The notes: generated by a model not told the origin, from the sequence alone. Positions 50,505 through 62,379 are shown, numbered from the stretch's first letter. The stretch is DNA of 64,000 bases from Mobula hypostoma (GCF_963921235.1 NC_086097.1:190776001-190840000); one strand, 5' to 3'. A program made the numbers and translations.

Positions 50505-50642
50505 ACATGAACAAGAGAAAATCTGCAGATGCTGGAAATCTGAGCAACACACAAAAAATGGTGGAGGAAATCAGCAGGCCAGGCAGCATCTATGGAAAAA
50601 AGTGCAGTCGATATTTCAGGCTGAAACCCTTTGGCAGGACTC
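50505..50642 (-). repeat. PLE terminal-repeat fragment
   Basis: AAATCTGCAGATGCTGGAAAT...CAGCAGGCCAGGCAGCATCTATGG...GTCGATATTTCAGGCTGAAACCC matches the other PLE termini. Confidence 0.8.
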
Positions 50643-50672
50643 TTGGCATCACAACATGACCATGACCATGTC

Positions 50673-51113
50673 TGTAGTGTTCTCGTGCAGTGTGTTGGAA
50701 CTCTGACTAAACATCAAGTTAAACCGGAGCCAATGAAGACAGAGTCATAGTAAGGTTAACCATTTACTGGTCACTCTTCCACATTAACATCATATGGTGA
50801 AAACTGTTGATAAAAATATACAAACATATACAGCGTCTGTTTCGTTCTGGAGACCACGTGTGCTCTCTTCTTTTAGCGAGTGTCTCCAGCCGCCCCGAGT
50901 AGCGGGCGAGGGGGTAGCGTCAAACTGCCATCAGGCTCGAGCAAACTCCACGTTTGAAATTGAAAAGCCGGCATGTGCGCCGCCCCAACCGTCGCTTCCT
51001 TAACAGAAACCGTGTTAATATTTTTACTTCAAATACATTCTTATGAACTTACGGTGTTGCTTCTATAATGTTTCTTTGCGGGTAGAAACGGAGCTGTTCA
51101 CGATCATGCTACA
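50673..51113 (-). mobile_element. Solo LTR candidate (441 bp)
   Basis: Termini TGTAGTG...ATGCTACA; CpG-rich; no clean TSD. Confidence 0.5.
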
Positions 51114-53214
51114 TGCATGGCACCCACCTTCACACCTTCTCTGAACCAGAGGTTACACATAAGACGCAGCGAAACCGGAGGTGACGTCATCACATGTCGC
51201 GATATACAATGAATTTACCTTTGTTAGACTGTGACATAGCTATCAACCTTTAACTCTAACTAGAAAATAGTTACAAACAAATCTTTTAAAGTGTAGACCC
51301 AGCAAAGGCAAATAAATGCCTTAAGGGCAACACAGTGTCGACACACCTCTGGATAAGCCAGAGTCACCCACGGTTCCTCCACCCGTGGAGCACTAGACCT
51401 GAGCCAGGCAGCTCGTCCAAGCTCTAGACAGGCTCACAAAGCTGTTTTTAGTGAATTCATTGAGCTGGGGTTTCATTTTAAGAGGCTGGCCTGATGCGAT
51501 GACATTGTTGTGTAAGGGTTTTTAGCGCGTTTTTGTGTTTAGGTTTTTTGGAGGTCAGTAAAATATTTTACAGGTTTCATTATACCTAAAACGCCTCACT
51601 TTGTTTTATTTGCAAAAATCTACAATGCTCTCATGTATGCAAAGACTCTGTTCTTCTTGACAGCAGATGTTAAGAGCTGGTGAAAGTAACCTAGAAAATA
51701 AATAAAAAAATCCCAAAGCTGCTGTCTGTGACTGCCTGCTCCTCTGCAGCCTGAGGTATTTTGCAAACTTGAAAGCATAATCCAAGGAATCGATGACATG
51801 ATGAAAGCAAATTATTTTCAGCATAAGGTAGTCAGAAAATGTTATTCTTTATTGCATGAGATGTAATTGAGATTCTAATGATTGATAATCCAGAATTACT
51901 GCTGAGAGAACTCTGACCCTAAATGCTTACATTTATGCATGTGCATTTTATTTGCCTTAAACATTTCAAACATAATGAATGACAAAATAATATTTAAAGT
52001 AAAGGTTTTTGTGATGATTCGTACCCTATCTTAATTTCATCAATATCCTATTATCTTGTCTTATGTTCAGTGAAACAATTGAAATGTTAGTTAAAATTGA
52101 ATGCTCTTTTCTTCCTGGTGAGGACCTTGCCTTGTGATTGACTACGACTGGATCACATCACTACGAACAGATGCAAGGTATTACATTGAACTGATTCCTG
52201 AGAACAACTAACATTGAAAAGTGCCCAGCATAGAAATCATTTGATCTCTGTAGGCAAATTTTGATGTGGTTGTTCATAACAGCTTTCATTTTAGCACTGA
52301 CTGCAGAATCCAGGGTATTATAAAAGAATGAACATAATTAAGTTCATCCACAAAACTAGCTCATTTGGCTCAAGGTAAACTTCCAAATAATATTTTGGGA
52401 TTCTGTTTAAAACTTAGCCCCAAAGCAGACTACCTGGTAAATGCATAAATGCCAGTGAGTGCTTTATTTTTTTTCTTTTTATCCCTCCCTAGTCCTTTGC
52501 TCAATTTTAAGTTATTCAAGTATCTGTGAGCCACAGGGAAAGGATTCTTTAATAGTGCCTGTTGATGTGAAAGTTGCAGCAACTGCTTACTTGATTACAC
52601 AACAAGATGTGCCAATTCTTAAAAGAAAGTGCCATTGATCTTTTAAATGCAAGGATTTCTAATTTTGTGATTTTATTCTTAGTGGCACATTAATTAGCAT
52701 TAAGGCAAAACCTAGCACCCACAACAATAGCTCTCATGGCTCACAAGATATCTAGTGTCTGGGCATGGGTGTGGAAAATGTAACAATGTCCAAGCTTATC
52801 CAATGTCTTACTCATTATCATTCTTCATTTGATGAACAAAATCTGCGCTTCACTCACAGTAATTTTCATCATCTTTCATCTCAGTCCCTTTATGTGTGAT
52901 CATTTGAAAGCAGTTTTGTTTTTGAAAACAAACTGTTAACTTAAATGTTATTCATTTTCAAAGCTTTCAAAGGAAAAAGGAACAACAATTCCCAACTGCC
53001 CATTGATTAATTTGCTGAAATACCTGTAAATGACTGATGTAATATGTTGGTGGTAGTTGATCAGAGACCTCTTCAATCTGGCTTGGTTGAATCCCCCACA
53101 ATGATCAGGAAGACATCAGGGTGCATTGTTTCATGACTGCTGATCATGGAGCTCAGCTCATCCAGTATCTGTCTCACAATGGCCAGGGGAGGAATGAACA
53201 CTGCTACTAGCATG

Positions 53215-53895
53215 ACTCCTATAGTGAGTTAAAGACTTAGCCATCTCCATCACAGGAATAGCCTTCCCACCATCAACGATATTTTCAAAAAGTGGTGCTT
53301 CATGAATGTGGCATTGATCACTAAGGATCCTCACCATCTGGGACATGTCCTCGTCTCATTACTATCTCTAGGGAGACCCACAACCATTCGTTTAGGAACA
53401 GTTTCTTCCCATCCATCATCAACTTTCTCTATAGTCTATGAACCCAGGAGCACAACCTCATTATTTTTACACTTTTTATGTTTGTGTGTGGGCACATGGC
53501 CAAGTGGTTAAGGCACTGGACTAGCTACCTGAAGGTTGTGAGTTCAGGCCCCAGCCGAGGAAATGTGTTGTGTCCTTAAGCAAGGTGCTTAATCACATAT
53601 TGCTCTGCGATGACACTGGTGTCAAGCTGTATGGGTCCTAATGCCCTTCCCTTGGACAACATTGGTGTCATGGAGAGGGGAGACTTGCAGCATGGGCAAC
53701 TGCTGGTCTTCCATACAACCTTGCCCAGGCCTGCGCCCTGGAGAGTGAAGACTTTCCAGGCGCAGATCCATGGTTTCGCAAGACTAACAGATGCCTTATT
53801 TATGTTTGTAATGTATATATTTTTATGTGTTTGCATTCTACTGCTGCTGCAAAACCACAAATTTCATGTCAGCGATAACAATTCTGATTCTGCTT
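53215..53895 (+). mobile_element. Rex1/Babar-like 3' fragment hosting a SINE
   Basis: ISITGIAFPPS...ITKDPHHLGHVL; tail AATTCTGATTCTG. Confidence 0.65.
53486..53798 (+). mobile_element. tRNA-derived composite SINE with a CORE-like segment and structured 3' half
   Basis: A box TGGCCAAGTGG, B-box-like GAGTTCAGGCCC, CORE-like GTGTCCTTAAGCAAGGTGCTTAATCAC. TSD TTTATGTTTGT at 53475-53485 and 53799-53809. Confidence 0.85.
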
Positions 53896-54294
53896 TGAGG
53901 TAGACAGGGGAAAGACTCAAGGATGTGCACAAAGTCTATTTGAAGAAACGTAACATCTTCACTGACTTTAAGAAATCTTTGGTTCATGAGAGTACCATGA
54001 AGAGAAAGAGCATTTGGGATGATATTTAGAACCTTCATAAAGATGGAAGTGAAGTGAATCATCTCACAAATTACACACAGCTCCCCCCACTCCCAAAACT
54101 AAGCAACATCTGCAGCATTTGTTGCATGAGGCACCTGAGAACCCACAGACAGAGTGGAGGTAACTGAGATTCAAACCCAAGGGACTCCCTTGAGAAGATA
54201 ACTCATACAGAGCTAAGTCCATATTTAAAGTACTGGATCTCTTTTGTACTCTATAACAGAAGGCAAGTTGAATTAATAGACTCCACATCCACCC

Positions 54295-54582
54295 TATCTA
54301 ATAACATTCAGTAGGTTTCAATGAGATCCCCTTGGATTCTTCTAAATTCTAGTGAGTATAGGCCCAAAGCTGCCAAATGCTGCTCATATGTTAACCCTTC
54401 CGTTCCCAGAATCATCCTCTTCTGGACTCTTTCCAATGACAACACATCCTTTCTGGGATATTGGGTCCAAAACTTGACAATACTCCAACTGAGGCCTGAC
54501 GAGTGTTTTAGGATCATCTCCTTGCTTTTATATCCTATTCCCCTTGAAATAAATGCCAACGTTGCATTTGCCTTCTTTACCA
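54295..54582 (-). mobile_element. CR1 3' fragment
   Basis: ORF 54308-54583 KKANATLAFISRG...RRIQGDLIETY. Confidence 0.85.
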
Positions 54583-55488
54583 CACTTAACTATGGATAGT
54601 TTGTATTTGTACACACTAGGAACTTGAAGAAATTTGTTTGCCCAGAAATTTGTTTCAGCATTCACTCTTCTAGTCCCCCTTACTCAAGTATTTTCCACTT
54701 TAACGACCCCGGCACTTTTCCACGTTTTTCTTCCTAGTCACTTGTTTTATTGCCAGCAGGGGTTTTACATATACAAACACATATCTTTTAAAGCAAGCAG
54801 CAGCCCTTTAAATATCCAACTGTAGGATCTCCTAACACTCCTTGTCGTCATTTCATGCAGAGAGTGATATTACTATTAACTATCTGGAGAACACAACATT
54901 CTCTTGATATTCTAACACACTGTTTCTTTAAAAAAAACACTACCAAAATAGAGGAATTGTACATTGACCACACTTATTTGCTGTGTTCATGTTGTTCTGT
55001 ATTAGAAATACAGAAAACACCTTGGAAGCATTTACAGTATAATAGAACATCTACTGGAAGACTTGCACCCAGATGTGATATAATCAGAGGATATCTAGTC
55101 TGGTAGTAGTGTTTTATACGTGCATTCAGGGATTGAAATTAATTTTGTCAATAATAACAAGTTAAGATAATGTCACTGTCTACATTTTTTTTGTAGAAAC
55201 AGAAGTGAGAGCTAGCTGTTGATATTGGATACCATGAATGTCACTTTTAATTTTATAGCTGTGCTGTAACTCAGCATGTCCTACCACTACCATTAATAAT
55301 ATAGATTCTGTATTATACTGAACCTGCAGGAAGATATACTTTTGAAGGAGGAATGCAGCCCTCCATAAAGAGCAGCTGACAAATATAAACAAACATTTTT
55401 TGCCGATGCATCACATTGTCACAGAGTACAACATTAGCACTGTCTAAAAGTCTGGAACTGTGTTGTGCTGAGAATCCGATGCTGAGTT

Positions 55489-55760
55489 GACGCAGTAGCC
55501 TACTGGTCGGTGTAGTGTTTTATAGCTCCAGCTACAAGGCTGGGGTGCAGTTCCTGCCACTGTTTGTTGTTTCTCCCAGTGACTGCATTGGTTTCCTCTG
55601 GATGATTCAGTTTCCTATCATATTCCAAGTACATGCAGTGTAAGTGTTAGGGTTGGGATGTCGTGGGCATGATTTGGTGACACTTGCAGCTTCTCCATGC
55701 ACATCTTTCACTGCATATTTCAATGTACATATGAGAAATAAAGCTAATCTTTAGTCTTTA
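55489..55760 (+). mobile_element. Decayed V-SINE-like element with a Rex1-like tail
   Basis: tRNA-like head, body GGTTTCCTCTGGATGATTCAGTTTCCT, tail GTACATATGAGAAATAAAGCTAATCTTTA. Confidence 0.6.
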
Positions 55761-57520
55761 AAAATCTTTGAACTTTATCTCTGAGTAGTTAACTGTTTCC
55801 TGCTGCCGGTCATTTACTTATAAAGGTTAAATTTCAGTAAAGCATAAAATATTTCGCCCAATATTACATAAAAATCAGTGAGGAATTATGCAAATATTTT
55901 GCAGTCAACAGCTGGGATACATACTTTCTAACTGAATAATTATGCTAATTGAGATGTGCCTGTCAATGTTGCACTATTCAGCTTTGACACAAAATCATGT
56001 CACAGCTTTGGATCAATAGCAATCCATAGACAATTCTGGGGTTCAGACAACCTAGTACATCTTCAACTCAAAGCAGCAGGAATAATGCTGAGCAGAGAGT
56101 AATTTATGCTAATTGGTACTGTGATTACACTATAATAGATTTACAAAAAAAAGTGTTTACAGGATGATTACTCTAGTTGAATGATAATCAGATCATATTT
56201 ATTTAATGCAACTTCCATAAACTCAAATATTTCTCATTAATTCAGATCCATACATCTGTAAAAATGAACGGTAAGAAGGGTCCTCTGTAATGAACTAACT
56301 GGCCAAAATTGTATTGCCTGCTTCTAAAGGCTTGACTGGGATCCCAGTGAAAAAGGAAGTTGAATATTTGGAATTTCTAATGTTTTCTTCCCTTTGGTGA
56401 GGGAGCTCATCATTAATCTAAAACTTGAATTTCTATTTTGCCCTTCTACTTTAATATACTCACCTGCAGACCCAGAATTAACCATGCATGTGTATATTTT
56501 CTTATTCCAACTCTTTCTTCCTTCTGGCTTAATTTTAAGATCACAACCATTCCCCCAGTACTCCTACCACCTCCCTGCTCAGCTGTGTACACTGAACACA
56601 GCTTCTACATTATGCTGGAACTCAACTAGTTCATGGGGCTGATTTCCACTCTATGGTCTTTCCAGCTTGGTGGGCTGCCACACTGTCATTCTGTCTCTCA
56701 ACTCTTTCTGCATCCAGTGTAAGGCTGACATTAAGTGTCTTTTGGCTTATTGCAAAAATAACTTCTCTCCCTACCTCTTGACCCTTTACCAACTAAAATG
56801 AGAGGCTCTGAAGATGATGATAAGGAAAGAAATTTTTACTGGAGATGTCTGCATAGATTTCAGAATCAGAATCTGGTCTATTATCATCGGCATGTGTTGT
56901 GAAATTTGTTAACTTAGCAGCAGCAGGTCAATGCAATAGATAATATAGAAGAAAAAAATAATATAATAATAATGGTAAATAACTCAGTAAATCAATTACA
57001 GTATACATATATTGAATAGAATAAAACTCATGCAAAAACAGTAATATATATTAAAAATGTAACAGTGTTCATGGTTTTCAATGTCCCTTTAGGAGTCAAA
57101 TGGCAGAAGGGAAGAAGCTGTTCCTAAATCACTGTGTGTGTCTTCAGGCTTCTGTATCTCCTATCTGATGGTAACAGTGAGAAAAGGGCATGCCCTCGGT
57201 GCTGGAGGCCCTTAGTAAAGGACGCTGCTTTTCTGAGACACCACTCCCTGATGGTATCCTGGCTACTTTGTAGGCTAGTACCCAGGATGGAGCTGACTAG
57301 ATTTACAATCCTCTGCAGCTTCTTTCACTCCTGTGCAGTAGCCCCAATATACCAGACAGTGATGCAGCCTGTCAGAATGCTCTCCACAGTACATCTATAG
57401 AAGTTTTTGAGTGTACTTATTGACATGCCAAATCTCTTCAAACTCCTAATGAAGTATAGCCACTGTCTTCAAAGTTGCTGGTGAATGCAGCAGGCCAGGC
57501 AGCATCTCTAGGAAGAGGTA

Positions 57521-57558
57521 CAGTTGACGTTTCCAGCCGAGACCCTTCGTCAGGACTA
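57521..57558 (-). ncRNA. Minimal type I hammerhead ribozyme motif (PLE-associated)
   Basis: Minus strand reads UAGUC-CUGACGA-AGGGUCUCGGCUG-GAAAC-GUC-AACUG. Catalytic boxes and the GUC cleavage triplet are intact, with mismatches in helices I and II. Confidence 0.7.
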
Positions 57559-57848
57559 ACTGAAAGAAGAGCTCATAAGAGATTTGAAAGTGGGAGGGAG
57601 AGGGGGAGATCCAAAATGATAGGAGCAGACAGGAGGGGGAGGGATGGAGCCAAGAGCTGGACAGGTGATTGGCAAAGGGATATGAGAGGATCATGGGACA
57701 GGAGGCCCAGGGAGAAAGAAAAGGGGGAGGGGGGGAAAACCCAGAGGAAGGGCATGGGGTATAGTGAGAGGGACAGAGGGAGAAAAAGAGTCAGAGAAAA
57801 AGAATGTGTAAATAAATAATGGATGGGGCACGAGGGGGAGGTGGGGCA

Positions 57849-58457
57849 TTAGCAGAAGTTTGAGAAGTCAATGTTCATGCCATCAGGTTGGAGGCTACCC
57901 AGACAGAATACAAGATGTTGTTCCTCCAACTTGAGTGTGGCTTCATCTTTACCGTAGAGGAGGCCGTGGATAGACATGTCAGAATGGGAGTGGGACATGG
58001 AATTAAAATGTGTGGCCACTGGGAGATCCTGCTTTCTCTGGCGGACACAGCGTAGGTGTTCAGCGAAATGATCTCCCAGTTTGCGTTGGCTCTCGCCAAT
58101 ATGTAGAAGGCCACATCGGGAGCACCCGACATAGTATATCACACCAGCCGACTCACAGGTGAAATGTCGCCTCACCTGGAAGGACTGTCTGGGGCCCTGA
58201 ATGGTGGTGAGGGAGGAAGTGTAAGGGCATGTGTAGCATTTGTTCCGCTTACAAGGATAAGTGCCAGGAGGAAGATCGGTGGGGAGGGATGGGAGGGACG
58301 AATGGACAAGGGAGTCGCATAGGGAGGAGAGTTGCGTGGGGGGGTGGGGGGGGGGAGGGAAAGATGTGCTTAATGGTGGGATCCCGTTGGAGGTGACAGA
58401 AGTTACGGAGAATAATATTTCGGACCCGGAGGCTGGTGGGGTGGTAGGTGAGGACAA
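57849..58457 (-). pseudogene. PLE zinc-finger linker plus GIY-YIG endonuclease domain (truncated; motif decayed to HIGES)
   Basis: PGTYPCKRNKCYTC...FTCESAGVIYYVGCSRCGLLHIGESQRKLGDHFAEHL...PVATHFN...EQHLVFCLGSLQPDGMNIDF. Confidence 0.88.
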
Positions 58458-59100
58458 GGGGAACCCTATTCCTAGTGGGGTGGTGGGAGGATGGAGTGAG
58501 AGCAGGTGTGTGAAATGGGGGAGATGCGTTTGAGAGCAGAGTTGATGGTGGAGGAAGGGAAGCCCCTTCCTTTAAAAAAAGGACATCTCCCTCATCCTGG
58601 AATGAAAAGCCTCATCCTGAGAGCAGATACGGTGGAGACGGAGGAATTGCGAGAAGGGGATAGCATCCTATTCTGATATGTCTATCCACAGCCTCCTCTA
58701 CTGTAAAGATGAAGTCACACTCAGGTTGGAGGAACAACACCTTGTTTCATTTGGGTAGCCTCCAACCTGATGGCACGAACATTGACTTCTCAAACTTCCG
58801 CAAATGCCCCACCTTCCCCTCGTACCCTATCCGTTATTTATTTATATACACACATTCTTTTTCTCTCTCCTTTTTCTCCCTCTGTCCCTCTCACTATACC
58901 CCGTGCCCTTCCTCTGGGTTTTCCCCCCCTCCCCCTTTTCTTTCTCCTTGGGCCTCCTGTCCCATGATCCTCTCATATCCCTTTTGCCAATCACCTGTCC
59001 AGCTCTTGGCTCCATCCCTCCCCCTCCTGTCTTCTCCTATCATTTTGGATCTCCCCCTCCCCCTCCCACTTTTAAATCTCTTACGAGCTCTTCTTTCAGT

Positions 59101-59138
59101 TAGTCCTGACGAAGGGTCTCGGCTCGAAACATCAACTG
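59101..59138 (+). ncRNA. Minimal hammerhead ribozyme motif (decayed copy)
   Basis: TAGTC-CTGACGA-AGGGTCTCGGCTC-GAAAC-ATC-AACTG; CpG decay has changed GTC to ATC. Confidence 0.6.
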
Positions 59139-60164
59139 TACCTCTTCCTAGAGATACTGCCTGGCCTGCTGCATTCACCAGCAACTTTGATGTGTTGCTT
59201 GAATTTCCAGCATCTGCAGATTTCCTCGCGCTAACCACCGTCTTTCCTTCTTTATAACTGCATCGATATGTTGGGACCAGGTTAGGAACTTGAAACTGCT
59301 CACTCTCTCCACTTCTGATCCCTCTATGAGGATTGGTATGTGTTCCTTCATCTTACCCTTCCTGAAGTCTACAATCAGCTCTTTCTAATGGAACCAAAGT
59401 CAGTCTCATTGAGAATGAGAACAGAGGGCATGGAAAAGGTGTAGCATGGTATCCAAGGCAAAAACTGAAGAGAGCTGAATGACACACCATCGTCATGAGT
59501 GATGCCACCTGTGGAGAGATTCGAGCATGGAGCTTCAGGAAACATGGAATTGGATTTGAGGGAGGTACATATTCAAGAGCTTTGGAATGAAAAGCAGTTT
59601 GAAGATGGGTGGCAATTGATGAGAACAGAGAGGCTAAATATATTGTTTTCTTTCAGGAGCCAGCTGCCCAATTTCCACCAAGAAGTGGTTGGTAGTTACT
59701 GTGATTGCTAATATCATTTCAACACAATAGTGCATTCCAGACCACAACAACTTATTCCATTATGCCACTTCCTATTTTTTAGTCACTCAGTTTAAATATA
59801 AAAATCTTTTCACTATCAATGTCTCCTGTGCCCTAAAGCAGAATTCTTATTTATCAAAATGTTTTATGATTCTCTATAAATCTGTCAATATTTTCTCAAT
59901 CTTCTTTTCCAAAAGAGATTTTCTCCAGCCTGTACTACCAAGAGTTGAATACAATACTTCATCTCAGGTCATCGTTCCATAATATTTCTGCATTACTTAT
60001 CTTACTTTTGTACTTTGTTCCTGAAATATTAAATCCAAGAAACACATATTTTAATAACATTTTCAACTTGTCCTGTCACCTACAAAGTTTAGTGTACATA
60101 CAGTTGTTTTATCCCTATATTTTGTTTAGATTGTCTTTTTATTACTTTTTTCAGTCAGGGTAAA

Positions 60165-60830
60165 TAAATGTCACTGGAATGGCAATATTTAAGCCTCATT
60201 CTCATTTGGGCTTGAAATGATAACAGTGAACAGTCTTTGTGACCTACTTTCTACCTCTGTGATAAAGGATGTCTCAAAGTGCAGTTGAGTGGTGAATTCC
60301 AGGATTTTGACTGAAGACCTGATGAAATACCACACTCATATTGAGATATGATTTGCAGGGGAACTTGGAGATGATGCTGTAAATATGTGCATGTTACCCT
60401 GACCTTTTAGGACTTGTAGGTCATAGTGTTTGAGAACATATACCAAACAAACCTTAGCAAATTGCTGCAGTGCATTTTGAATACCCAGCAGCCACAGTGT
60501 GGCAGTGGTGCAAAGAATGAATGTTTAGATTAGGGCTGTGGTGTTTTTTTCTATTGGGCTTACACTCATCCAGGTGAGTGGACAGTGGTCTACACTTCTA
60601 GCCTGTACCTTACAGGTGGTGAAAAGTCCTGAAGAGCTGGGCATTAATATCTTGCATTTACTTGTTAAGCTCATGATCAATTGTCATTTTCAAGTTACTG
60701 ATGGTGGGGACTTTAATGATGCTGACTTTTCACCTCAAGAGGAACAACCACTCTTGGTAGTTATAGCCATTGCTAAACATTTCAGTAACTTACACTGTGC
60801 TAGACATTTATTAGTGCAAATGCATTGACA
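60165..60830 (-). mobile_element. Old LINE remnant, same family as 4755-7460
   Basis: GAATTCCAGGATTTTGAC...GGGGAACTTGGAGATGATG, similar to 4860-4970 and 45740-45850. Confidence 0.45.
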
Positions 60831-62379
60831 TGAACTACTTCATTATTTGAGATAAAGCAAATCAATAGAACATTATGTGACCATTACATTTTTAAATATA
60901 AGACTGATGGCTATTGTAAATATGAATGGGCTACTGCATGGCTTAATGAAACTCCTTTTGTCCTGTTCCTAATAGTTGCTAAAACCAGCTTCTTTAATGT
61001 AATCATAATATATCATCTCACTCTGCCTTTTGGTAAATTTCACCTGCCATTTATTTTCCCACTTTGTAAATTTATCCAAGCTCTATTCATTACTATTTCC
61101 CTAATTCTTTACTATTATTTTTTTGATTTTCATGGTATCTTGAAACTTCGTTATCCTGCCCTAAAAATCCAAGTTCAGATCATTAATGCGTATTCAAAAT
61201 GTCCATACAACTGTTTGAAAGGCAGACTTTTATGCTTATGTAGGACATGCTAGCCGTTTTTTGAGGCCTGCCATCCTATTCCACATTATTTTCCACATCC
61301 TCTGCTTTGCAAAGCAAGAAAATATTATGAGGATATAAGGGTTGTGGAAACGGCTATTCAGATGTTGCCTGTTTCTAGGCATAGTGCAGTACTATTCCTG
61401 ATGCAACTGCCTTGCTAGAAATTACTGTAATAATTTACATCAACTTTCACTTTTTCGAAGAACTGCTGATACATCATATTTCCCAAACTACTTTGACATG
61501 CTGCAGAAGTAGGCCAATTCCAATCAACCTGCTTGGTTATAGTACAATGTGTTGCAATTCATCTGAAGACTGGTGTCTGGTCTTGCTTTCTTGATACTAA
61601 GCTTAGGAAATATTCCCCAATATTTCCTATGTGGGAGAATGTCAACTTTGAAACATCTTTTGATAAACTAATGATCAAAACATTGGATTACCAATTTGCT
61701 TAATAAACTATGTTGCTTCAATTTTTCCCTGTCTTTCATGCATGACATATACATGGTCCCACAGTGTTTCTTAAAAAAATGAATTATTCTAAAAATTTTC
61801 AATCATAACAAGTACTTGATCAAAACTGACAAAGTACTTAATTGTTTTGAGGCAAACTAATGCAAATCTACTTCTTGCATCCATAACTTTGTTGAAAAGC
61901 AAGTACTCCGACTTCCATGCATTCCTGAGACTAGATCACGTGGCAAAGATCACAAGGACTAAAATAAGAGACTGGACAGGCGCATAATGCAAGATCTTAA
62001 CCTGAATGTCAACTATTCCTCTCTCTCTGAAGGTTCTGCCTCACCTATGAAGTTCCTACAGCAGTTAGTGTAAAATAAGAGTTCTTATTTCATACATTCA
62101 GATATTTGACTTATTTGATTTATTCATGTTGTATCTTCCTCTTTTAGAAGCAAGGATCGTGTGCTGGATTAATATTCTTCTCTCGTCTGATAGCACCGTC
62201 TGTTTCCTGGTGATTTAACTGAACTTTGCCACTACTCTAATCCTTAATCAGTGCATCAATTGTCTACTGAAGATACTGCATACAATATTCCAAAATAGTG
62301 ATTACCTGTTCAAGAAAGGAATAATACTTGCTGATTATTACTAAATTACCTTGATTTCTATTCTAATATTTAATATCTC

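Larger units (their letters stand above)
45856..51624 (+). mobile_element. Decayed full-length Gypsy/Ty3 LTR retrotransposon with nested insertions
   Basis: 5' LTR 45856-~46065 and partial 3' LTR ~51458-51624 are similar; TG...CA ends; TSD ATGC (45852-45855, 51625-51628); PBS TGGTGACCC at 46067. Gag (AWFIKAEAQF, CFYHARFG), protease (FLCDMGAQV), RT (VRAYHQVPV, IDFLGH, FLGMVNFY), RNase H (TDTSDYAV, YSTFDRELL) and integrase (LTMVDCTTRWPE, RFGTPSDISSD, LPWVLLG) occur in Gypsy order. Confidence 0.9.
57470..59231 (-). mobile_element. Penelope-like (Neptune-type) element with ~520-bp inverted arms
   Basis: Arms ~57470-57988 and ~58666-59189 are reverse complements. TSD-like TAGCCACTGTCTT (57457-57469) and TAACCACCGTCTT (59232-59244). 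Confidence 0.92.
56860..59385 (-). mobile_element. Rex1/Babar LINE 3' part (56860-57469 plus 59232-59385), split by a PLE
   Basis: Reverse-complement tail CAGAATCAGAATC at 56861. Minus-strand TVESILTGCITVWY motif near 57345-57390; sequence continues across the PLE. Confidence 0.8.

Noticed and set aside
53490..53560. tRNA gene (also heads at 22765, 23391, 55489)
   Set aside because: No complete cloverleaf; each continues into a SINE body, with tails and in two cases TSDs.
57475..59257. Matching ORFs 57475-57819 (+) and 58894-59238 (-), also 969-1235
   Set aside because: Translations of the non-coding PLE terminal repeat on opposite arms.
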